From NCBI GenBank assembly GCA_951406725.2, contig OX597826.1, positions 2,852,001 through 2,916,000 of the forward strand: a DNA stretch of 64,000 nucleotides, in the 5' to 3' direction. Shown piece by piece: positions 14,266-28,665 of this stretch (positions are counted from its first letter, which is position 1; every line of letters starts with the position of its first letter). Origin of the DNA: Octopus vulgaris. Taxonomy: Eukaryota. The notes beneath the pieces are model-generated. The model worked only from the letters and a program-made list of their open reading frames with translations, was not told where the DNA came from and did not search any database. The position numbers and the translations under genes are program-made.

Positions 14266-15498
14266 TATATTATATCGTGTTACAGACATTATATCTTCCC
14301 ATTCATGTCTTGTAAGATACATATAGACATTATATTCTCTTCTTAGTTTGTATACAATTGTATATCCTAACATTTTGGTGTGTGTGTGTGGGGGGGGGGG
14401 GCAATAAAATTACATGATTCAACTTCAAGTATATATTCTAAGTTAGACATTCGTATCTGGTAGAAATTTTCTTTTTCGAAAGTTATATTTGTGCTCCGCA
14501 GTTGCTTCCATATCCTTTATCAAAATCCTATTTTAACAATATGTCTTTGAGAAACCTTGGAACATTTGTGACAAACCTCGAAATCCATTTTTATTTTCGT
14601 ATGATAACGACTGACAACTGACACATTACTCTCATATGAACATATTATATGGTAATCATAGCCTGTAGTATATTTGGCGTCTGTGCTGAGTAGTCTATAT
14701 AATTATGCAGCCGTTATTTGTTCAGGGCAGTAAAAAGTGTCCTTGGCCATTACCGTACTGGTTTCCAATCGTTTAGTAGAGATATGCCTGCAGTGATGTT
14801 AGAATTTCTACGAACAAATCACATTCACCGAATTCAATTTGCAACACTAAAACTGTGTGGGTGAGTAGAGAAATTGGATTCAAAAATACCTGAACAAATC
14901 GTCAATAACAGATTTCTCATTTCAGGTTCACTATTCGTGACTAGATCTTGAAGTGCTGGCCTTGCGTGTAAATCAATTGAATTGGAATGAACAGATCCCT
15001 TGATACAGCTGTCGTAGCTTGACAGTCGTTGGTAAACGGACAAAGCATCGTATGCAGAATAAATGATAGAAACAATAATAGAGAACAGATGCATACGTTA
15101 TGGAATTGCGTTATTTTCTACTTGATAATGCAAGAACGGGAAAATCAATAGCAGGAAAAATATAAATAAACAAACAGATATAATATAAAATATAGTGAAG
15201 TAGAGAGAGAAAAAAAAAAGAATTATAAAAGAAATATTAAAGGAAGAGTGAATGAGAAAACGCCAAATTGTCTATGTGAGTGTGGGAGGAGCGAAAATGA
15301 AGAAAGCGCAAGAAACATAAAGAAATACAAAAATAGCTATACGAACGACTACGAGTTTTTATAGATGTAATATTTACCCATATCATTTTTTATCTTACAA
15401 CTTACAACACGAATTCCACTTAAAACATGGAGCAATGCAAAAGATGGCTTGTGATAAGACTTCCGTAACACGCTACTATGTATGTGTTTGGAATTTTC

Positions 15499-15789
15499 TT
15501 AATATTCAGCTTCAAATATGAATGCTTCATCTAGATGTAGATCCACAGTTATGATAAAAATGAGGAAGAATAAAATGCCTTCTAATTTAATTGCAATAAT
15601 AGACCTGAAACCAAATTTGGTAAAGAACTTGATTTGGATATTCTGTCCTGTATATGTTCTGTATCTTTCGTATTTACATAAATATATAGCAAATACGACG
15701 AAGAGCATTTTAAGAATCAGAATAACGGATGGCAGTAATTTTTTTTCTCTTTGGTCGCAAAATATTGATAGCATTTCCGAGTTTATGAC
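15499..15789 (-). pseudogene. Possible decayed terminal exon of a 7TM receptor (adhesion/Methuselah-like)
   Basis: Acceptor TTTCATTTTTCAG, then an open frame with PSVILILKMLFVVFAIY..IKFFTKF..IIAIKLEGILFFLIFII resembling TM5 and TM7. The similarity was judged by eye only. Confidence 0.3.
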
Positions 15790-15891
15790 CTGAAAAATGA
15801 AATAAATTTGTATATGCTCATCTAATCATATAATTTTCAATTTCCTTTCAATTTTTTTCATTCATAGACAAATCTTCTACGGCCTTAAAAG

Positions 15892-15968
<77 letters not shown>

Positions 15969-16323
15969 GAGCAATACTTGAGTCACACGAGGCAAGGAAT
16001 AATGCACGCAAGCCACTGGTTTCGACCGATTGGTCATTATTAGTCACGCCATTCATGTCTAACACTGATACATTAATAGCTAAACGAGAATCTACCTGAC
16101 CGCTTTTGGTGATTGTTCTTTCTGTTTAACACACCTTAATATAAAACGAAAACAAAAGGAGTCTGAAAAATACATCTGGATTTATCATGAATGCTATGTC
16201 TTTGATGTTATGTCAAATGGGTCAAAATGGCGATGAACTAAAGAACAAGAATGGCGACAGTAGAAACAGCAGCATCAGCAACACCTGACAGTGTTTTAAT
16301 GGAATAATTTGTGTAAAGTGTAT

Positions 16324-16757
16324 TCTTTCACTCTTTTACCCTTTTACACTTTTACTTGTTTCGGTCATTTGACTGTGGCCATGCTGGAGTACCGCCTTTT
16401 GTCTAGCATATCGACCCCATGTCTTATTCTTTGTAAGCCTAGTACTTATTCTATCGGTCTTTTGTGCCGAACCGCTAAGTTACGTTGATGTAAACACACC
16501 AGCATCGGTTGTCAAGCGATGTTGGGGGGGGGGGCAAACACAGACACACAAACATATACACACATATACACACACATATATACATACATATATATGACGG
16601 GCTTCTTTCAGTCTCCTTCTACCAAATCCAGTCACAAGGCTTTGGTCGGCCCGAGGCTATAGTAGAAGACACGTGCCCAAGGTGCCACGCAGTGGAACTG
16701 AACCCGGAACCGTGTGGTTGGTAAGCAAGCTACTTACCACACAGCCACTCCTGCGCC
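16324..16757 (-). mobile_element. tRNA-SINE family A, near full length
   Basis: Reverse complement of the family A head, body and tail. Confidence 0.9.
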
Positions 16758-17449
16758 TATATAAGCAAGAATTATGTACAATATAAACATATTAAAAACC
16801 TTGAAGCTTAATAAACTTCGTACAAAGACCAAAGGCAAACTCTCGTATTCTGCCCATCGTTTGAGATAAACAAACTTTTACATACTCTTCAAACGTAAGG
16901 TGATCCTATATATGTTGAGTTGAACTCGAACAATTTTACATATAACTAATACAATGATGCCTTGTGAATAAAACGCTATTCAGGAAATCATAAAATAAAT
17001 ATCGGAATATTTGATTTGTTTGAAACGAAAATTTTGTCGTAAAGAATTAGAGAAATTATTCTGTCGGACAAGTGTATGACGATCCCAGGGGTAAAATATT
17101 CGTTAGTAAGAATCTACATGGAAAGTACAGTTAAGCAGTTAATTACTCGAGCTTTCAAAATCCATGTTGAGATACTTATGCAGAAAGAAACAGTAACATT
17201 AGCTCTGTGTTTCACGATAGATATTCCTCTAATCATTTCGGGAAATACGGGTTCTTTTTTCAATATATCACGCAGGAGATATGATAATAATTAAACAATT
17301 GTTTTGTGCAGATGGTTTCCTTGAGTATTTATTTCTTAAAAAGCTTAGTGATATTATGTTGAATCTGGTAAATTTTGGTTCTCAATCATGTTCACTGTTG
17401 TACATCTCAACAGCATTTTTGTGTTCATAAGTTCAGCAAGGACATTGTT

Positions 17450-17893
<444 letters not shown>

Positions 17894-19123
17894 ATGGGAA
17901 TATCAGTGAACACCTATATATGCCCCATTTCCCCCTAATTTTTTATTATTTTCCGCATTAAGATGATGTAGCCTTTCCGATTTCCCACTCACTACATCAG
18001 GTATTTCAATTATAATATGAATGCATACTTTATGAAATATACAGAGCGACACCTAAAATGCGAACACTGCTCCAAATATTTCTTTGAAGTGCAACTGGTG
18101 ATAAATAATGTCTGGCCTGAGTCTAAGATATGAGATGAGAGAAAATATTTTGAAGTGCTACATAAAGTGGAAGTACCTAACTGAAGTCCAAACATTTATG
18201 AGAAAGAAGTTATGAACACATCCACTCACGTCACCAGGTATTATTAGAATAACAACATTCAGACTGGAGTACTTGTTCAAGACACTGAAAAGCGCCATTC
18301 GTGATGAGTGCAGGTGTCGGCGTGTCCAGAGAGCGAAGAAAGTCTGGAATTTTACCGTCAACTTTTGTGTAGCCCGTTCGGATTTGACAACACTGAGAAT
18401 AATACTGCTTATCTGAAGCAAAAGCAGGAAAAGTCTCATGCACCGTATTTAGGAAGTGCTCAAGGATACATTTATGTTTCATTTCCATTCAAATAAAGTA
18501 CATCTCCATTAAGTGCATTACGATGATACCATCGTGATGTAGGAATTTTATATTGATGAAATACTACAGAACGTGTGATCACAGCAAAGCGCTGACACTA
18601 CATATCTATATTTTGACCAATATTTTATACCTACGATGGGTGATTTTATGGGAAAGCAAATAGGTATTATATTTCAAAAATAAGAGTCATCGAAATGAAG
18701 GCAGCTATTAAAAGAGAAATACTTAAAACAATACTTGAAATGTTTTTCGTATTTTCTATTCTATTAAACTCCGTTGCTTGTCATGTCAGTAACAGAACAA
18801 CAATCTTCATAAACGGCTGCAGTGCATACGAACTACACATTTCTTTATTTTGAATTATGAAGCTTACATGTATCTTAATAAAAATTATATTATTAGACTT
18901 TCAAACTGTGCAGGCAACTTTACGACACCCTGTACTAGCTTCAATTCCAACAGATCAATTTGTAGACAAGCTAAATTAGCTGCGCATCTTCATACCTTCG
19001 AGTGAAATTGTGCAAGCCTGCTGTCACTCAGTAGGTCAAAGCAGGTGAATGTTCCTTTATACAAATGTTACAGCTTGCTTCAAGTTATTTTCATCGTCAA
19101 TGCGGTTTAGACACGTGTTTGCG

Positions 19124-19239
<116 letters not shown>

Positions 19240-19303
19240 ATGTATATGTATATATATATATATATGTATATATATGTATATATATATATATATAAATATA
19301 TAT

Positions 19304-19372
<69 letters not shown>

Positions 19373-19383
19373 TATATTTATAT

Positions 19384-19415
<32 letters not shown>

Positions 19416-20005
19416 CATACATATGTAGTTATCATGATATGCATTGCATCGGTATTCACACAAACATACATAATAAACAAGGAAAAATCATATAAATATA
19501 TACAGGCACGAAATAAATGTATACATCTATGATTTTACCATAACAGTTCATGTAACTCGCGGCTTTTGTTAACTTTTGTCGAACTTGATTTCAGTTGGAG
19601 TGACAGAATTTCTTGAGAGCACGACCGGATAAAATGCCTCCAGGATTTAGTCACAAATATTTATGGCGGGATGTCAGCTCCTACTGACGCCAACATTACT
19701 TTCCCTCTTGTGGGGGTTCATAAAGTAAAGTGCTGTGGGGATTATTTCATACTCCTATAAAGCATTGAAGATGTGAAGGGAATTAGCAAAGATGTTGCCT
19801 TTAAAGGTATTTCGAAATTTCTTAATGCTTATGTTTTTCCAGCTTCACCTTATCAAACGGCCTTTGATGTAGAAAGTGCCAAGTATGGTCATCCGATGAA
19901 TGCATATATGTATGTGTGTGTGTGTGTGTGCATGTATGTATATGTATATACATATATATAATATATATATATATATATATACATATACTCATACAGACAA
20001 ACACG

Positions 20006-20073
<68 letters not shown>

Positions 20074-20500
20074 TTGTATACATAGAAAAGTACTTATATT
20101 AACTTGATTTATATTTTCCGATTAACCTGCCCGTAGTTCGATAGAGCTTTTGCTGTTGCTGATAAAAAAGCTTTCTTTTACTTCGATCTCGGGCGAAATT
20201 GCCGGCGTTTGAAATTAAAACGACCTCTCTCAGAAAACGATTTTGCTGGAGGGCAGATATACTTGTTAAAATAATATTTTAGAATGTGTACACAGGACTA
20301 CGCAACTTCAAATTTAATTACTTTTTACCGATAGAAAGGCCAGATTTGAGGGATAATTGACTGCCATTTCTCAAAGGTTTATTGACAGAATGTGGTTTCC
20401 TCGTTCGTTATGCGCTTATGGTTCTGTTCATTGTTGTGGTTTGGTGATTGAAAAAAATATAGAATTGATTTCAGTTTTTCTTATCATTACTTTCTATTTA

Positions 20501-21100
20501 AGGCAGGGAGCTGCCAGAATTGTTACCGCACTGCGTAAAATGCCCAGCGGCATTGAGTCTGTGTATACGTTCTGAGTTCAAATTCTGCCGAGGTGACGTT
20601 GCCTATCATTGTTTTCTGGTCGATAAAATAAGTACCAGTTGAAGACTGGGGCTCGATGTAATCTACTTTATCCCCACTTCCGAAATTGCTGTCGTGGTAC
20701 CAAAGTTGAAATCATTATTACTACTTTCATTTAAGGCGGGGAGCTGGCACACCAGGATTATCGCCCGTCCTTATATTCTGAGTGCAAATATAGCCGTGGT
20801 CGACTTTGCATTTTATCCTTTCAGGGTCGATTAAATAAGTAATAGCGAAGCATTGGGGTCGATGTAATCGACTAGGCCCCTCTCCCAAATTTCACGCTTC
20901 GTGCCTTTTGTAGAAAGGATTTTTACTCTTTATTTAAGGCTATGAGCTGGCAGAATCTGACTTCGAATTCTGGCGAGGTGACATTACATTCCATCCTTTG
21001 CGGCTCGATAAAATAAGTACCAGTTGTGCACTGCAGCCAATGTAATCAAATTACACCCTCTACTGAAAATAATGGCTTCGTGCCAGTATTTGACACCATT
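20501..21100 (+). mobile_element. Three tandem family B SINE copies
   Basis: The head TTTAAGGC..GAGCTG(G/C)CA recurs near 20500, 20733 and 20937, each followed by TCGAT(A/T)AAATAAGTA. Confidence 0.85.
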
Positions 21101-21395
21101 ATCATTACTCTTTATTCACTGTAATCCTGCATGTGTCGCGAACTGCAACGGCATAAAACAAATGTTTACGTACACAATTTATGAAGAGTAGTTCGTTCAA
21201 TATAGTATGTATATATTTCTTTTTCCCACACATTTTATATTTATATATATATGCAAAAGCATTGGCATCGCAGTGTGCTCAGATATTTCCTTCCCATTGT
21301 CACGTATCCCGGTTCAATCTTACCTCGTGGCAACTTGACTACTACCGTGCAAATGGATCTGGCACAGAGACATGTATCTCTTTCTACCTCCCTCC

Positions 21396-21463
<68 letters not shown>

Positions 21464-21525
21464 GCTGACACATACACAGATATGTATATATATATATATA
21501 TATATATATCTGTGTGTGTGTCAGC

Positions 21526-21558
<33 letters not shown>

Positions 21559-22037
21559 CATGCATTAATCTCTCGCCATGTCACGGTTCACCTATCATGT
21601 GTGTTTTTGGAACGTAACACCTGCGATATTCGAGACTACTGTATATGTATATATATTTAATATTAATATTAGGGAAAGTATTAACATCGTCACAGCAGAA
21701 AATTTAGCGGGAAGAAGGGAGTCTGGATATGTACCGAGCAATTGTTATTAAATAAAAGTGCAGTATCAGAGGTTCGGAAGCACTATATGCAAAGAATATG
21801 CATGAGATGAAAAAGAGACTTGACATTCTCAAAGGATATATGTTATCATCACGGAACTGTAAAAGTCTATAGAATTTTCCCGACGTTTATCGGAAGACAA
21901 TCAGCCATGGGATGATGCTTATTGCCTGTTTAGATATGCGAGTATATGCATGAGAAGACTTACATAAAACAAAACCTACAAATCTGCGCATACATACATA
22001 CATACATGCGTAGAAAAATAAGATGTTGTTGATGAAG

Positions 22038-22086
<49 letters not shown>

Positions 22087-22169
22087 TGTATTAAATATAA
22101 CCCTTTAAATCAATGTCTCAACATTTTAGTCATGGTTTGCAAGGCGGCTGTTGTTTTACTCATAGTAAA

Positions 22170-22365
22170 GCGAAGAGCTGGCAGAAACGATAGAATACAG
22201 GGTGAAATTCTTAGCGGTATTTATGTTCTGAGTTGAAATTACGCCGCGGTCGACTGTGCTTTTATTCTTTCAGTGTCGATAAATTAAGTACCAGTTGTGT
22301 ACTGGAATAGAACTAATCTACTGCCCACCCCAAATTCCGGGCGTTGTGCCTAGAGTAGAAAAGAA
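22170..22365 (+). mobile_element. tRNA-SINE family B
   Basis: GAGCTGGCAGAAACG..GTCGATAAATTAAGTACCAG..GTGCCTAGAGTAGAAAAG. Confidence 0.85.
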
Positions 22366-22459
22366 TATTTTAATCATGGTTTGCGTTTATCGCTTCGTTT
22401 TAAATTATTCATGATAAATAATCGCATGTTGTTTTTTTTCCCATTTTCTTACAAAATTT

Positions 22460-22600
22460 GGCATAAAGTTCAGCAATTTGGGGGCAGGGGTTCGTCGATT
22501 ACATCGACCGTAATACTCAACTGATGCTTATTTCATTGACCTCGAAATTGATGTAAAGCAAAGTCGGTCTCAACGTCATTTGAACTTAGACTGTTAAGCA
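22460..22600 (-). mobile_element. Decayed family B SINE
   Basis: GTCGATTACATCGACC..TACTCAACTG..CTTATTTCATTGACC. Confidence 0.6.
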
Positions 22601-23125
22601 CCGTAGGCTTTTTATCTGATTCAGTAACAATTCTGTCATTTTTCTGCTTTTATTGGAACAGAAAATACAGATTAAATGCATTTCACATTTGAATATGTTC
22701 CCACGGACGTTTTAATTATCGACCTAATCGTGATAGTAGCCAATGTCGCAATCCCTGTTCAAAACTGGAAAGACACACTAGAAACTCTATACAGTGTTCA
22801 GACTTTTTCGATTGCAGAACTTTTAATCAAAGCCTACTTATTTAGCTGAAATGGAGCTAAATAATAGAAGCCCCTACGTAAAATGTAACGTATTTTACAG
22901 CTCTTTCTGAAACACTTAAAATGCGATTTTTGAATGCTGCACGATGGAGAGCATTAAAGCATGAAACATTTAATAAACTGATGTGCTTATCCCATGTTTT
23001 CAGCTATGTTATTGTGGAATACTTTGATGAAAATTATTTTATCTGAAATGTGCTTCTCATACGATAACAGAGATATATAGATGCATACACACAACTATAT
23101 TTTTACCTACAAAATTTTTGTGCTC

Positions 23126-23158
<33 letters not shown>

Positions 23159-23408
23159 TGTAGATATATATTCATATATACGTGTGTGTATGTGTGCGTG
23201 TACGTGTGCTTGTGTGTATAGAAGATAATTATATACACACACATATGGGGGCGCGTGGTTTTGCGTATGTCTGTGTGCAAATAAGGAACGCTATTTGTTT
23301 CAAGTATATATTATAACATTATTATTTTTAATGTTCATATTTTAAAAGATTTTCATATTATATACCTGACTATGTGTGTGCCTGTATGTATGCATGCATA
23401 AATATATG

Positions 23409-23442
<34 letters not shown>

Positions 23443-23452
23443 TAGATATATG

Positions 23453-23543
<91 letters not shown>

Positions 23544-24549
23544 TACTTCTGTGTGTGTGTATGTGTGTGTTTGTGAATGTTTATGAGTTTCTTCGAAATG
23601 TTAAGTTGAGAAATTTTTAAATTTATAATGTACATTTCAATTGCTATAGAAATCGATATTATTTTATTGTTATACCGTATATTCTTCGATTTTTTAAAGA
23701 TTGCGTGGAAAATTGCATCGACCCCCCCGAAAGTTCGAATATATAGAATCAAATTTCCAAGATATAAACACCGGTAGTTTCAATTAGCTGGTTCCGATCA
23801 AAATCAAGCCAAGGCACATTCCAGCATATTTGTGGGTGCCATAAAACCGTTGTCAATGAGATTGTTTAGAAGGAAAACGTGTTGAACATGGGAAATACCT
23901 TACCTCAAATCGGAAGTAACATCCATGAAACATGGAATATTCTCACCGAATGAAGGCTCATCCATCTTTATATCAGCCAATATACTCAGCCAATATAGGT
24001 ATCGTTATAATATAATAATTACTAACGTTAGCTCAGTAAGTATAACGGTCATTGTCAATACCTGACTCTCATATTTATGTATGTACGTATATATGTTTGA
24101 ATTTATGTGCGTATATATATTTCGTATGTGCAAAGTAAATTTCGAACGCAGCATAACCGTCAAAACAGAAGAAAGGTTGGGTATTTCAATCTTATATGAC
24201 GGAAAATGTGTCACCAGCCGGCTACGGGACTTGAACCCGTATCCCTCAGATATCGGCTAAGTAATCTTCCTTTAAATGTAATTAAATATAAGAAGCCTGT
24301 AATCGGTTGGAAGTACATGTGTCTATTCGCAACAAGAGACTTGAGGAAATGTATAGCCGCTATCAAAATATAACTCAATAAAGATAGACGTCTATCAGAT
24401 ACAGGGATACAAACGGAGTAGATGTGTCAATTGACTTAGATATACATGTATGAATGCACGTTACAGGTGTGCGATGGAGAGAGACGGGAGAGAGGAAAAG
24501 AGAGATATCCCACACCGATAATACGGCATGCACTCATACGATACAAATG

Positions 24550-24790
24550 TGTACGTATGTATGTATGTATATATATATATATATGCGCGCGTGTGTGTGT
24601 ATGTATGTGTATGTATATTTGTATATGTATATGCATGTATATATATGTGTGTGTATATGTGTATTATGTATGTATTTATATAGATATGTAATTTATATAT
24701 ATATGTATGTATATGCATCTGTCTGTGTGTGTGTATGTGTATATATGTGTATCATTATTGCGTATGTATACATGTATATGTGTATATGTA

Positions 24791-24821
<31 letters not shown>

Positions 24822-24832
24822 GTATATATAGG

Positions 24833-24867
<35 letters not shown>

Positions 24868-24950
24868 ATGTACATGTATATATATATGTGTGTATATGTA
24901 TATATGTTTATATGTGAGTATGTAGAGATATAAGTATATGCATGTGTATA

Positions 24951-24983
<33 letters not shown>

Positions 24984-25160
24984 GTATGGGTATGTGTATA
25001 AGTGTATATGTATATATGTATGTGTGTGTGTATGTATATGTATGTATATGTGTATATATGTATGTGTATATGTGTATATATGTGTATATATATATATATG
25101 TATGTATGTGTATGTGTATGTATATGTATGTGTGTATGTATATGTATGTGTATGTATGTA

Positions 25161-25226
<66 letters not shown>

Positions 25227-25503
25227 TGCGCGTGTGTGTATGTATGCATATATGTATGTATGCATGTATATGTGTATGTATATATGTGTGTAAGTGTGTG
25301 CATATATGTATATGTAAGTATGTGTGCGTGTATGAGTATGTATGTATGCTTGCACACGTGTATATATGTGTGTGTGTGTGTATATATATGGATGCACGTG
25401 CGTGTGTGCACGTGTATGGGTACGCATGTATATGTGTATGTGCGTGTATGCGTATACGTGTATGTATGTATGTGTGTGCGTATATTTGTATATGTATGTG
25501 TGA

Positions 25504-25540
<37 letters not shown>

Positions 25541-25748
25541 TGGGGGTGTGTGTATGCGTATAAATGCATGTAAGTATGGATGTATGGATGTATGTATGTA
25601 TGTATACGTATGTATGTGTTTGTGTGTATATGTATGTATGTGTGTGTATGTGTGTGTATATATATATATATGTGTGTATATATGTTTGTGTATGTATATA
25701 TATGTGTATGTATGTGTGTGTATATATATGTGTGTGTGTGTATGTATA

Positions 25749-25818
<70 letters not shown>

Positions 25819-26215
25819 GGTATGTATCTGTATGTAGGAGTATATATATATGTGTGTGTGTGTATGTATATGTGTATATATATATATATGTATATTTATT
25901 GGTGTATATGTATAGACTAGCCTCCTAAAGTGTAGACACGAATCTGTAGGTACGAGTACGTATGTGTATATACGTGAACGTATGTAGATGTTTGTATGTA
26001 TGAATATAACGCGTGCGTACGTGTATGTGTATGAGTGTACGAATGGGTGAATGTACGGGCTAATGAGTGTGCGTGCGGGAATGAGTACTTACCTTCTAGT
26101 AGACAGACAAATGGACATGCTGCCATAGCCAGGATCCTTAGCTCTAGCGATCAAAGATAACAAAAGTAATAAATGAAGATAATAAAATTAAAATTAGGGA
26201 ATGGGCCTGTATTGG

Positions 26216-26266
<51 letters not shown>

Positions 26267-26711
26267 GTGTATGTGTAGGTATGTATAGGTACACATGTGT
26301 ATGTGTGTGTGTATGTATATGTGTATATGTATGTATGTGCACACGTGTATATATATGTATGCGTGTATATGTATATATATATATATATGTGTATATATAT
26401 ATATATGTACATATGTGTATGTGGGTGTATGTATATATAGGTGTAAATATGTGTATATAGGGAACTAGGTGTGTTGTGTGTGCATGAGTGTATGTGCGTA
26501 TGAATATATATTTTTCTGTGTATATATGTATGTGTGGTCGTGTGTATATATATATACATGTGTGTATGCGTGCATGCATGGGAGTGAGTGTACGCATATA
26601 TGCGTGTGTGTATGTGTAGACAGGTATATGCATGTGCATGTGTATAAATTTGTATATGTGGGCGGGTGTATGTATGTGTGTATGTAGATATGTATGTATA
26701 TGTGTATATAT

Positions 26712-26757
<46 letters not shown>

Positions 26758-26800
26758 GAGTATATATATGTGTGTAGATACGTATACATATGTGTATAGG
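24550..26800. repeat. ~2.2-kb degenerate (TA)/(TG)/(TATG) microsatellite field
   Basis: Direct reading; source of the long Y/I/H/T/C/V ORFs. Confidence 0.95.
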
Positions 26801-27118
26801 TATAAGTGAGAATCTCCTTATTTACCTATAACTCTATCCCCCCTTTTTTTATATATATATTTTTTTATATATATATATATATTTTATATATATTTTTTAT
26901 TTTTTTATTTTTTTATTTTATTTTTTTATTTTTTTATTTTTTTATTTTATTATTTTATTTTTTTTATTTATCTATTCTTTCATCTAACTTACCACTGACT
27001 CCTTGACCACTCCCCCAAGTATGATATTTTGCGCTATGCCTACCCCCAAAAAAGTCCCCCACCACCACTCCTTTAAACCTGCCTAAATGTATAAATGCTA
27101 ATACAATTCTTGTTAAAT

Positions 27119-27169
27119 AGCTTCCTGAAGATTTCTCTTGAATGAAACAGTACTAGTCCTGTAGAAGCT
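27119..27169 (+). ncRNA. Type I hammerhead ribozyme motif
   Basis: AGCTTC CTGAAGA T TTC TCTT GAA T GAAA CAG TACTAGTC CTG TA GAAGCT: perfect 6-bp stem I, intact core, GUA site. Confidence 0.75.
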
Positions 27170-27252
27170 CCTTCTATATAATAAATTAAATTTACTCTGC
27201 TATGTATTGAGTACCTTACTTACTGTGGTTAACCCCGAATCAACCCGGGACC

Positions 27253-27303
<51 letters not shown>

Positions 27304-27330
27304 GTATATGAGTGTGTGTGTGTGTATTAA

Positions 27331-28229
27331 ATAAAATGAGACAACAAATCCAAGTTTGTGTGGCATTTGTAGGACATTTATAAAGAGAAAGGTAGTCTTA
27401 CAGCTGTTTCTTGTATATTAAGAATATCCCTTCATCAGAGACGATATGAGAGAGATAACTTTGGAAAAGGATGAATAAAGGAAGTACAAAGGGAAATAAG
27501 AGAATTAAAAGTAAAAATACATGTAAGATGTTAGAGTGCTGTTTCAGTACCCAAGGAAGAGCCGTAGAGAAATGCTTCTTGTCCATGTTATGTAGATTCC
27601 GATAAGAGTTCATAATTTTGTTATTATAAGTGGATAATATGGAGGCATAAATCCCATTTGCTGTTCATCCAAAATGGTCTTGTGGTTTGAATGAAATTCT
27701 GAGGATGTACTGGCAGGGTTAAGTAGAAAGAGAAGAGTATAGAAAAGTATATTAGGAGAAGAATGGCATTAGTCAAAAGAAATAGGGAAGGAAAGAAGAA
27801 AGAGAGAAAGAAAGAAAGAAGAAGAAATGAAAAAATGGAGTGCTAGATGGTGATTAATATATTGTGATGGGGGAGGGAGAGGAGATCTATCAGGATAAAA
27901 GAGATAGGGGAAGGTATAGAAGGAAGCTACATACCATGGAGAAGGATTTCAACCTAATCTACACAGCACCATGGATAATGGAATTGCCAATTTAAAATTT
28001 TACCTGTAATTTTACATTTTTATTCACGTATTTCTCTTATACTTCCGATATCCATCATTTTCCAAAATAACTTTTTATATTGAAGTCTACTCTTTCGCCC
28101 TATTTAATGTCCGTATCGTCTTTGACGAAGGGATATCCCTAATATCCCAGAAGCAGTTGTAAGACTGCCTTTCTCTTTATAAATGTCCTAGAAATATCAC
28201 ACAACTATGACTTTGTTGACGCATTTTAT
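27331..28229. mobile_element. PLE remnant with inverted terminal arms, each carrying a hammerhead motif
   Basis: Arms 27331-27448 and 28112-28229 are reverse complements. HHRs lie at 27395-27442 (-) and 28118-28165 (+). Internal minus-strand NSKWDLCL resembles the PLE C-terminal CxLC motif. Confidence 0.7.
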
Positions 28230-28407
28230 ATAACATATACATGCTCACACAAGAGCCGCATTAGACTCCGTATTATTATGGAAACGAGAGTCTAAGGACG
28301 GTCCTCTCGTAGCATTTACATAGCCTTATCTGCCATCTTGGGTCTTCTGGTTACCAATAACACACACACGCGCACGCACACACACACATACATATATATA
28401 TATACGC

Positions 28408-28665
28408 TGTGGAGGCGCGTGGCTCAGTGGTTAGGGTGTCATGATCAGCTTCATGATCGTCAGATTATGGTTTCGATTCTTGGACCGGGCGACGCGTTGT
28501 GTTCTTGAGCAACACACTTCATTTCACGTTGCTTCAGTCCACTCAGATGGCAAAAATGAGTAACACTGCGATGGACTGGCGTCCCATCAAGCAGGGGTTC
28601 ACATACGCCATGGAAGTTGCGAAACCGGGCCCATGAGCCTGGCTAGCCTTTAAAAGGGCGCATTT
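28408..28665 (+). mobile_element. tRNA-SINE with V-domain-like body
   Basis: TGGCTCAGTGG (box A), GGTTTCGATTC (box B), GCGATGGACTGGCGTCCCATC. Confidence 0.8.

Noticed and set aside
24113-24270. tRNA-like box B on the minus strand followed by TTGACGG..GAAATATATA as another SINE+HHR
   Set aside because: The core has two mismatches and there is no stem I pairing; single copy.
24454-26789. Long ORFs of up to 308 aa (also 31156-32197, 1919-2322, 40628-41140)
   Set aside because: Stop-free translations of di-, tri- and tetranucleotide microsatellites; no protein signal.
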